A DNA stretch of 64,000 nt from positions 309,194,001 through 309,258,000 of the forward strand of contig OZ024741.1 of the NCBI GenBank assembly GCA_964016885.1, in the 5' to 3' direction. Source of the DNA: Eledone cirrhosa. Lineage: Eukaryota. This document shows, in pieces, positions 54,095 to 64,000 of this stretch; position 1 is the stretch's first letter, and each line of letters begins with the position of its first letter. A model generated the notes under the pieces. That model saw only the letters and a list, made by a program, of their open reading frames with translations. It did not search any database and was not told the DNA's origin. A program made the translations under genes and the position numbers.

Positions 54095-54335
54095 GTGACG
54101 TCCAAATCAGTATCCTCCACCTCCAACTAACTTACCTTCTGCCTCTAGGTCCCGGCTGACAGGATGGAGGACAGTGACCTCACCTCGCGGAGCTCGCACC
54201 TGCGAGCACCCAACTCAGCTCCAATAGCAGTGAGTAGGGATGTGGTCTGGGCGTCAAGAACACTAGAAGTCTCCACAGCTACAGGCTTTACTACAAACCT
54301 ATCAATGAGTGGCTGATACTTGGACAGAGCCTGTG
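54095..54335 (-). mobile_element. CRE-like (RLE) non-LTR retrotransposon 3' fragment
   Basis: LSKYQPLIDRFVVKPVAVETSSVL..LLTAIGAELGARRCELRE; paralog of 38460-38720. Confidence 0.6.
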
Positions 54336-55373
54336 CTGGTAGCTGAATATACAAGGTTGCCACTAGAGGAGGTGTCACTCCTTGACCCTGGCATTGTTAG
54401 TTCCAATAATTGTCAATTTTTAAAAATGTTTAATTTATTTTCATTTGCTATTTATTTATTTTTCATGTATCACATGCTTTTAAAAAAAAAACAAATCAAA
54501 ATATATATGGCCAACTTATTTTTGTAATTGTTACTTCCCAGAATCTGTCATTGGATTCATCTTATAACAGATTAAATTTTCCCATTACTCTTGGGTCCCA
54601 TATATTGGGGTGGAGTGGGGGTATGGAAAATCGATAATTTTTCTAGATTATATCCCTTGATTTAAAAAAAAAACAGAATTAGTTGTTTAGTTTACATATT
54701 GTGACCCCCAGCTCATCCTATTTATTTTATAACATGAGATTTCTTGTAGTGTACTTTTTTTGTTATGTATAATGTTTTTTAATGTCTAAAGAAAATTAAT
54801 TACCACAGGAATGCTACCACTTAAAAACTTAAAATTAGCAAAATTTAATAAGATTGGGAGGTGGGGGATTATCCGAGACCTGAGAGCACTACATCAAAAA
54901 TCGAATCCTCTTCAAAATATCCATAAAGAACATTCTTTACAATATTTCTACATTTAGTATAATCCTACTCCACTTTATATAATTTCACTATCAATTATTT
55001 TGATTCTGCTCACATCTGCTAAATGATTACAGTATTAAATGCTTCAAGCATTAAGCTTTTATCACATTTAATTGAAACATTGGTAACAGCAATTGGTTTA
55101 AATGAACCTCTACACAATAGATGCACCAAGAACACTCTGTAAAGTGGTTGGTGGTAGGAAGGGCACTATGCTATAGAAAACTTGCCAAACTGTGTGTTAG
55201 AGAGACTATTCAGTTATGTCAAAGACATATAACAACCTCCCTAATGCTGGTGCTGTAATAAAAGACACTCAGTAGTGTGTGACATCGTATGTAAATGAGA
55301 GGTTCCCCAGCCTGTATGAGTACTTTGTAGAATGTGGGAACATGTGAGATGCCGACACTCAGCCCATCTTTAA

Positions 55374-55556
55374 CCCTTTTGTTATCAACCTGGTCAAAAT
55401 GGTTCTGATTCTATGAAATAAAATCACCCATTTTAAAGATTTCCAATTTAAATTAAAATCTTCCAAAATAATTGATCATTTTAGTAAATACCTCAAAATT
55501 CTTCATTAGCTAATTGAAATAGAGTGTATTTCATTAGAAATATAGTCATGAAAGAG
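55374..55556. mobile_element. Second TTAA-flanked MITE family (degenerate)
   Basis: ttaa|cccttttgttatc ... catgaaagag|ttaa; related pieces at ~37560-37630, ~48250-48360 and ~48690-48951. Confidence 0.55.
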
Positions 55557-55954
55557 TTAAAGCCAGTAGCTCCACTTGAGTACTGGGTTGATCTGTAACA
55601 ACCTATTCAACTCATACTGGCAGAGAAAACAGGTTGAATGATAATGATGAACCGCTGTCTTACTCTTGCAATGGCTTACTAACATAGAATATGGCACATC
55701 TACAAGATAAGATACGCACTTTAGACTGATCAGCAGGTACTTCACATAGACACTTATTAAATGTTAACGTAGCATGCCAATTCATTTAGGATCTTCATTA
55801 ATAAGATTTCATAATTGTGTTGCTCATTATTGAGAAGAAGAAAAGGATAAAATAAAAACTTAAATAGATATTGTTTTAGGGTAAAAAAACAATTGCTGTA
55901 AATCTATATCACATAAGATGGATAGACAATAACTGACAGCAATTATTACCTCCC

Positions 55955-56265
55955 TTTATGATCTGAGTTCAAATCCCGCCGAGGTTAACTTTGCCTTTCA
56001 TCCTTACGGGGGTCGATAAAATAAAGTACCAGTAATGTCCCGGGATAATTGCTGGCCTTGTGCCAAAAGTAGAAACAATTATTACTGCCACTTGAAGGGC
56101 GGTGGATTGGCAGTATCGGTAGAGGGTCGGACGCTATGCTTTGCAGCAAAGAGTTACGGCCCTTTATGTTTTGAGTTCAAATCCCAGAGAGATTAACTTT
56201 GCCTTTCATCCTTACGGGGTCTTTAAAATAAAGTACCAGTAATGCACTGGGATAATAAACAATTA
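55955..56265 (+). mobile_element. Two tandem Nin/Deu-like SINE copies
   Basis: Near-identical to the copies at 26985-27115 and 27570-27930. Confidence 0.85.
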
Positions 56266-56380
56266 TTACAGCCACTTGGAAACATTACTTTGGATTTGAA
56301 TGAGATATTTCAAAATTTCTTACATCAATATAATTCCAGTTTTGATCCCACTTCACACTATCTTGAGCATGTATCTCATA

Positions 56381-56584
56381 CAAGGGTTGGCTAAAAAAAA
56401 GTTCATAGGCAGACCAAGATACTCTCATGGAATGACCAAATGAGATTTATTCTTCAACATAATAACTGCATTGTTTCTTTCCAGGGACTAATAAGAAGAG
56501 TTGAAAAAATTAATGCATGCAAGATTTTACAGCTCTAGCATCACTCCTTCATAGTCAGCCTATGAACTTTTCAGCCTGCCCTCA
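56381..56584. mobile_element. Mariner-derived MITE
   Basis: ta|caagggttggctaaaa..agttcataggcagac ... gtcagcctatgaacttttcagcctgccctca|ta; TIR matches the mariner end at 44120-44152. Confidence 0.8.
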
Positions 56585-56608
56585 TATACTGTAGAAACAT
56601 TGAGTTAA

Positions 56609-56816
56609 CCCTTTAACATTTAAACCAGCCATATCTGGCCAGAATTCTCTCAGCTCTTTCTGTTCAAGCCAGCCGCAATCGGCCACTCATACTAATGTTA
56701 AGGTATTGTTCTCAAAATAAATAACATCAACATCTTGTAGATTCAATATTATAGAAGATAAAGCCTTTGTTGTGACAATACAATAGTAAATATAAAGTAA
56801 TGTAAATGCTAAAGGG
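56609..56816. mobile_element. TTAA-type MITE
   Basis: ttaa|ccctttaacattta ... taaatgctaaaggg|ttga. Confidence 0.85.
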
Positions 56817-58589
56817 TTGAACATTTAGCTCTGTATTTTACCATTTCTACTACTCAGAATATACCACAAATAATAAGACATGCAGAGCTGCACTTGGTAC
56901 TTCTGATGCTTTATTAGTTAAATCTGTTATGTTGCTGTTATAAGACATAGTTAGGGATTCAATCTTTTAGCTGGGATTGTGAAACTATTTTTATTTTAAT
57001 ATTATTTTCAAACAAAAACAAAAAATGTTATATATAGCACTGTTTAACTTACTTTATTAATAAGAATTGAGGAACAGGTTGCGCTACTGTTGACCATGGG
57101 GTCAATTATTATTAGTTTTGGACGCCAGTCCTTCATAAGAAGATAGAATGAGAAGTCAAAGGAGAAATAGAATGATAGAGGAGAGTGAGCACTGGCAATA
57201 TATAAATATATATATTTACTCTATATAATCATGTAAAAGTCACATTTTTTAGGCAAAATTTATGTGTTTGAATATTTGATGGATGCAAATTTCAAGGGGG
57301 CTGCAATTCACACTACAAAATAAGCAGAGCCTTAAATAGTCTCTAAATGAATAAAAGTAAAGTAATTAATTACAGTAAAAATACTGATATTTCTACTCAT
57401 CAAAACACAAAGCTGTGTAGCTCTTATATGTCCACTTGTGTACACAAATACACAATAGCATTGTAAAATTAATTTACTCATTGCATTTATGTTCAGAGTA
57501 ATACCTTGATTCAAAAATGCTGAAATACACAGAAAAATTTTGGGGCCAATGTTTGGACATTTACATCAATATATATGGTATGGTATGTAAATAAGTGAAA
57601 AGTTATTACTGTAGAGTAAAATCTTTAATTAATTAAAAGTTACAAAAGTTGTATAAAAAATTGGAGAAGGGACATTCGTTTGGAATGCACGAAGCAATAA
57701 TATGAACTATTTTGAGACAAGCTGATGATTGCAAGCAAGAAAAAAAACAAATGACTTCATCTTCAATTGCAATACTATCTACATTTAGAAAAGATCTAAA
57801 TTGACTAGAGGAGTGAATAAAGGAATGAATGCAGAGTTGGTAATAATTGTACTCCAGCCTGGCACAAATATGTGTTTTTGTATGTATATATATGTATTTC
57901 TATTCATATATATATATATATATATACAATATGTTTATGTATAATAAGCATATATATCTCACTGTGTGTTTTTAAGCTGTGATCATGTAACCATGGGAGA
58001 ATGCAAAATGTGAGTATTTTGGAATTTTTATCTATCTTCATTGATGGATGTCCCTTCTATCACCAACTACTTTACACCATGGTGTGGGTGAATTTTATCA
58101 TACCATCACCACTTGAGAGGTTGTTTGCAGCAAGGCTAAAAACTCCCCTCTCGTATCAGTTTTTAATTCAGAATTACTACTATCCTACTGTGGTTTCTTA
58201 GAACCTACATTGTATCCATTCATTCCTTTATTTTCTTTGTATAGTCTTTATAGTTGATAGTTGCAGTTCTGGAGCTTCGGACCTGTTGGGAAGTGGGTGG
58301 CTTGCTTGTTTTCTGGACCTGCAAAGATGAGGTTTTGTAAAGACACTTGACAACAGTCTGGGGGCACTCAAACGTATTTTGTTTTTCAGATGTAATGTAT
58401 ATTGTTGCTTTATTTTGTATCAACTGTATGCCTTTCCTTTTAACAACCACAGCTGGATAAATGTGTCTTGCCACTTGCACTGTTACTATATTTCTAATAA
58501 AGTACACTGCCTAGGATTTTAAAATATAATCAAGAATTTGTAGGGATTTTGTAAAATAACTTTATTCATTATTATTAAACTGGTGTTTA

Positions 58590-58772
58590 GGGCTGTGGTA
58601 TAGCATCCAATAAAATGCCATTTACATTCTGAGTTCAAATCCTGCCATGGTCAACTTTACCTTTCATCCTTCCAGGGTCAATAAAATAAAATACCAGTCT
58701 AATACTGGGGTTGGTTTAATCAACTATACCGTTCCCTCAAATTTACTGGCCTTGTACCTAAATTAAAAATTA
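58590..58772 (+). mobile_element. Nin/Deu-like SINE
   Basis: ttctgagttcaaatcctgccatggtcaactttacctttcatccttccagggtcaataaaataaaataccagt. Confidence 0.8.
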
Positions 58773-59424
58773 TTAAACTGATATTTGTAACACACACACA
58801 CAGATATATACACAAGCACAAACAATTACCTATCACACCTGACACTTTACAGTTGAACATTTGATGTCTTAGAACAAAAAACGACCCTACCCACACACAC
58901 ACACAAAAAAGGAATACAGGCTAATTTACTAACAAAACATTGGAATTTGAAAAATGTGTTAGCCATATTGCAGGCAATTATAAGAAATAGTTGACAACTA
59001 TTTCATAAATTTACCAAATGTTTACTCTTCTAGCTTCTTTTCTTACACCCATTTATTCATTAGAGGGATATAGAGGCAGTGTCTTCATATACACCTCCAG
59101 AGAGGGTCCATTCAGAAGCAACCTTTATCAAATGATTTGAATGAATTTGCAAGTAAAACCAACTTTTAGCTTGACACATAAAACCTCTAAAAATTGGTGG
59201 TCAAATGTTACTGCAATAGTCCAATGCACTTGTCTAGCATATGAGAGAGTCCTGGTTTGATTCACTGCAGGCATCTGTGTACGTTTTTCCATCTCCAGAA
59301 ATATTTTTTATAGTTATCAATTATTATTTATAGTTGTCTGCATTTTGCCTACCCCCCCCCCCCCCCAAAAAAAAATTGATTTACCTAAAGAAATAGAAAA
59401 ACAGAAGCTTGCACAATGTAAAAT

Positions 59425-59457
<33 letters not shown>

Positions 59458-59629
59458 AAATGAAACATCAAAATAACAAGAGAAAAGTATGTTTTAATTA
59501 TTGATTGACATTTTATTGCCCCAAAAAGTAATGTAACGTCAGGAGTAAGGAGGAGAATTAAAAGGAAATAAATGTAAAATCTCTTGCTCTCTCTTTCTCT
59601 TTCTCTCTCTCTATATATGTGTGTGTGTA

Positions 59630-61760
59630 TCATCATCATCACCACTCTAGCATGGGTTAGACGAGTTGTCTCATTTGAGGCAAGTCCGATCACGTGATCA
59701 TGTCTTGCTCATACAGAACTGTTTCTAGCTTGGTTTTTTATGGCTGGATGCCCTTTCTAATGCCAACCACATTTACAGTGTGGACTGGGTATTTTCTATC
59801 ATAGCACCAAAACGACCACTTTACAGTGTGGGCTGAGTATTTTTTGTCGTGACACCAACACAACCATTTTACAGTGTGGACTGGGTGCTTTTTGTCATGT
59901 CACCAACATGACCACTTTACAGTGTGGACTGGGTAAGAGGGGTGTAAAGTTGTGAGTGAAAGGTGGGGTGTTAGGATGTGAGAGGTGTGTGAAAGGAGGA
60001 GTGATGAGTGGTGCATTCTGGATGTATGCTACAACCTGTGCACATGGGAGGGCATGACACCAGAAGTCTCGATCTTGTGTCATTGCCCTTGAGAGATCAA
60101 CTTTTATCACCTCATCCCCGGTCTTCCTACTCCATAGCTTCCATCAACTCTGAGTGCCTTGCACCTTTTTATAAAACTGTCATCCTTTATAAGTATCACA
60201 TGGCTATACCAATGCAATTTCCTCTCCTAAAAACTGCATCTGATCCTTCTTATGCGTAGGATCTCTCTCAGTTCATTTACGCTTTGTCAATCAAGTATAT
60301 TATTGTTAAACATCCATCGAAGCATACAAGCCTCATTTCTCTCTAGTCTCTGCAGTTACTCTACACACAGCGTCCAGTTCTCACTACCATGCAACATTGC
60401 TGTTTATATGCATGCATCCTACAATTTGCCCTTCAGAGGGAAAAGAAAATCTTTTGTAGCTAACTGAACATTCTCCATCCTGTTCTCACACTAGCTACTG
60501 TACTTTCAGAACACCCACCTCCACTACTAATTTGGTTACTCAGATAACAGACACTATCAACTATTTCTACGTAGCCCTCTGGGTATTTAAATAAGCTAGT
60601 TTCCTGTGAGCTCTTGCTACTTACTGTGTCCGTGCATCAGTCACATAGAACACCTGTGTTCTTTGCTAGCCTGCTTGAAATCCCACTACATCTCTTGTGT
60701 ACCCATAGTTTGCATTTAGGGTATAGGATGGAACTTCTACCTCTCTTTTCCTGTTCACCGAACAAGGCCATTTCCCTGAGGGAATCTGGGTCCTGTTATC
60801 CTTTCTACATACTATGACTTTGGTCTTTGCCAAGTTGACTTTAAGTCCTTTTGGTTCTAAGCCTTGGTTCCAGGTTTGGAATTTCTTCTCTAATTTTACC
60901 ATAGATTCTGCTATAAGGGTTAGACCATCTGCATACAAAAGTTCTCATGGACAGCCAGTCTTAAACTCTTCTGTTATAGCCTGTAGAGTGATAATAAACA
61001 GGAATGGGCTAAGAACAGAGCTCTGGTGGACGTTTACATGCACATTAAATTCTTCACTATAGTCATTATTAATTCTAACCTTGCTGACTATTCCTCTATA
61101 CATGGCTTGTACTACCCTCACAAACCACTCCCCTACTCCTAGTTTTCTAAGAGCCCACCAGATAATGAAACAGAGAACTCTGTTCAAAGCTTTTTCCAGG
61201 CCAAAAAATGCCAAGTAGAGGTGTTTTTTTTAGCTAGGTACTTCTGTAACTGCTTCACAAGGAAAAGGGTATATGTGATGTTTTTACCTGGAACAAATCC
61301 AAACTACATCTCATCAAGGTTAACTCGGTCACTAATCACCTGTTCTATAGCTCTTTCTGTCACGTTCATAACCTGGTCAACCAACTTGATGACTCTATAG
61401 TTTTCTCTGTCTAGAACATCTCCTTTGTCCTTGTAGCAGTTGACGATGATGCTGTTATGCCAGTCATTGCGTATGACACCATTTTGTATTACTTGGTTTA
61501 CAATACGGGTGGTTAAGGTGTGAACCCCCATTCCAGATGTTTTCAGCATCTTGGCAACTATCTCCTAAGGTTCAGCTGCTTTATCTGCCTTCATATCCTT
61601 AATTGCCTTACTTACTATGCTACTGCTGACTCACACAGCTGGAATCTTTGTTGGGTTTACTTGGGGCAACCTCATGCATTCTCTTCATTCAGTAGTCTTT
61701 CTTAGTGACACTTCCATGCTACCTCATACCTCTCGTGTACCCAAGATTTGCATTGTGTAC
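59630..61760 (-). mobile_element. RTE-clade LINE fragment with 3' UTR and (GAT)n tail
   Basis: NCYKDKGDVLDRENYRVIKL, LEKALNRV..IWWALRKLGV, VHQSSVLSPFLFI..EFKTGCP*ELLYADGL, GLKVNLAKTKV, SGKWPCSV. Confidence 0.92.
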
Positions 61761-61829
61761 ATCATATAGAGTTTCTACCTAATCCTATTCTGCATGCATG
61801 TCAAACAGATCCACTTCCCTGATGGTATC

Positions 61830-62730
61830 AGTGTTCCATCTTCTTTCCTAACACTTCAATTTTTTGTAAGTTTACTCTCAGCCCTTTTGACTATTCCCTA
61901 GTTCTATGGATTCAGCTGTAAGAACCAGACCATCTGCATAAAGAAGTTTCCATGGACAGCCAGTCTTAAAATCCTGTTATGGCCTGGAGAACTATAACAA
62001 ACAAAAGTGAGCTGAGGACCGAATCCGGATTAACTTCTACTTGTACCTTGAATTCTTCACTAAACTTTCTTCCTATTTTCACTTTACTAACAACTGCTCT
62101 CACAAGCCATTCTTCTACAACTAATTTCTTTAAGGACCACTAGATGACAGATCGAGGTATTCTGTCAAAGGACTTTTCTAGATCAACAAAAGCTAAATAT
62201 ATTGGCTAAGAACTTCTCTTGGAGTTGTCTCACTAGGAAGAAGGCACAAAAGAAAACTGCGTCTCGTCTAATTTGACTCTTTTAACTTGGTCCACCAGTT
62301 TTCTTCTTCTGTAGCTGCTCCTTTCTAGAGCATCACCTTTCCCCTTGTAGTAATTTACAATTGTACTGCAGCACCAATCATTGGGTATGACTCCATCATG
62401 TATACCAGTTCATAGTTCAGCTCCTATTTCTCCAGATGTTTTTTAGCATCTCGGCAACTATCTCTGATGGTCCTGCAGCTTTACCATTCTTCATCTTGAT
62501 TGCTTCTTTGTCTCTATAACTGTCAATTTCGATAGCTGGTTCCTCTGTTGGGTCAGCTGGGAGTAATCTTCCTTCCCCCCATTCATTCTCCATATTCATC
62601 AGCCTCTCATGATAACATTTCCAGGCTACTTTATTTTGAGCATCAGTGGTGCTAAGTGCACTGCTATCATTTCGAACACTCATTTTCCCAATAACATCCC
62701 AATTCCCACTGACACAATGTCTTGCAATAA
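61830..62730 (-). mobile_element. Second, diverged RTE fragment in tandem (overlapping RT region)
   Basis: WKCYHERLMNMENEW, KMKNGKAAGPSEIVAEMLK, FVDLEKSFDRIPRSVI, DFKTGCPWKLLYADGL. Confidence 0.88.
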
Positions 62731-62830
62731 GTGATAGGGGGGAAAAGGTAGTGAATATTTCAGAGCTGTAAGAGGTGTTGGATTAAGAATGCTTTGGTAT
62801 TAATTCGGGTTCTCTGTTTTCTGAGTTTAA

Positions 62831-63028
62831 CCCTTTAGCATTTACATTACTCTCTATTTACTATTGTATTTTTGTGGTAAAGGCTTTATCTCACATAATA
62901 TCGAATTTATGAGATTTTGATATTATTTATTTTGAGAACAGTACCCTAACATCAGTATGAGTGGCCAGTTTGAACAGAATGAGATGAGAGAATTCTGGCC
63001 AGATATGGCCGGTTTAAATGCTAATGGG
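62831..63028. mobile_element. TTAA MITE inserted in the B-box region of a SINE (~62790-63075)
   Basis: ttctgagt-ttaa|ccctttagcattta ... taaatgctaatggg|ttaa-atcctgctgaggtca. Confidence 0.88.
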
Positions 63029-63469
63029 TTAAATCCTGCTGAGGTCATTATTGCTTTTCATCTTTTTGAGCTCAATTAATAATGTATTTATCAAGTGCTC
63101 TCTCGAAGAAATCTTTGGAGAGATGGAATCCACCACGATTAAAATCCCAAGACACATTATGCATCAGAATGCCACCCCTACAACAGCATCAGGTTGAAAA
63201 AAGTACCAGATAGCAGGATTCAGCTTTTTTTTAAAAAAAAGGACATATTTGAAAAGAAGAAAAAATTTCTAAAATGTGCAAATCTAATAGTGCTTGAATT
63301 ATTTTTTTCTCTCGTGTTGTTAGTCAAACGTCTGGCACAAGATAAAATGATGTTATATTATCTAAGGGAGATAACTCTTTCAATAGTTTTCTTTTTCTTC
63401 ACCTCTCAGACTTTTTATTATATTTTATTAAAGTTCTATCTAGCAACATTTGTTGCAAACGTCAGTTAT

Positions 63470-63580
63470 AAATGCTTTGCGTTATTCTTTCTTGTGCACT
63501 GAGTTCAAATCTTGCCATGGTCAACTTTGTCTTTCGCCCTTTCAAGGTCAACAAATAAAGTACCAGTCCAGCACTAGGAT
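63470..63580 (+). mobile_element. Nin/Deu-like SINE
   Basis: ctgagttcaaatcttgccatggtcaactttgtctttcgccctttcaaggtcaacaaataaagtaccagt. Confidence 0.75.
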
Positions 63581-64000
63581 TGATTCTCTCTGTAAGTAAT
63601 CACTTTGGTTGGGCTTCACCGGGTTTTAATGCCCCTAGACATTCATTATGGGTTCCAAGCCCATAGATGGATATAGCATGTCTTTTATTTTATTGTTTAT
63701 GGTACTACTTCAGCACAAACTTAATTAACATCTCATTTAATATTGTTGTTGCTTCGTGTTCTCGGCGGACAGAATGTCGAATGCGCCATCTCAGATTATG
63801 GCGAGGGAGGTGTGCTGAAAGAACCAGCCAACTTCGGCTGAATATCAGGGTGAGGCAGTGGAAGACCCAGCCCACCCCTGGGGATGGCTAGGGAGATGTG
63901 CTGAAAGAACCAGCCCACCTCACAGGGCTAGTTATCAATCACAATCGAAATGTTTCCATCGATGATAGACCTATCAAAGAGTGGTCGCTACTGCACAAAC

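Noticed and set aside
63750-63930. Direct repeat tgtgctgaaagaaccagcc (two copies) in a GC-richer segment
   Set aside because: Near the window edge; probably part of an unidentified transposon, and too little sequence to classify.

Overview
Eukaryotic, AT-rich and repeat-dense genomic window. The SINE, LINE and MITE families and long (AT)n/(CA)n tracts suggest a cephalopod mollusc (Octopus-like); this is inference, not a database result. (1) 1-~21630: about 800 copies of a 27-bp minisatellite, reading VVTVVDGDN on + and mucin-like TTLSPSTTV on -, with higher-order duplications. The giant ORFs here are largely a compositional artefact. (2) ~21.9-37 kb: decayed transposons (tRNA-derived SINEs, RTE, R4/Dong-like and L1/Tx1-like LINE fragments, a hAT MITE, a 70-bp minisatellite, fold-back insertions), ending in an (AT)n tract and a 200-N gap. 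(3) 39390-50809 (+): nine coding exons (~390 aa) of DLST, the 2-oxoglutarate dehydrogenase E2 subunit. One intron is probably GC-AG, and the introns hold Helitron, mariner, RTE and MITE remnants. The transit-peptide exons were not found. (4) 51-64 kb: a ~290-bp hairpin just after the DLST stop, a head-to-tail SINE cluster, TTAA MITEs, a CRE-like fragment and two tandem RTE fragments. The best 'system-like' candidates are a recurring class of sequence-unrelated fold-back insertions (two with 12-14-bp target-site duplications) and the giant 27-bp array. No unambiguous new biological system is demonstrable from the sequence alone.
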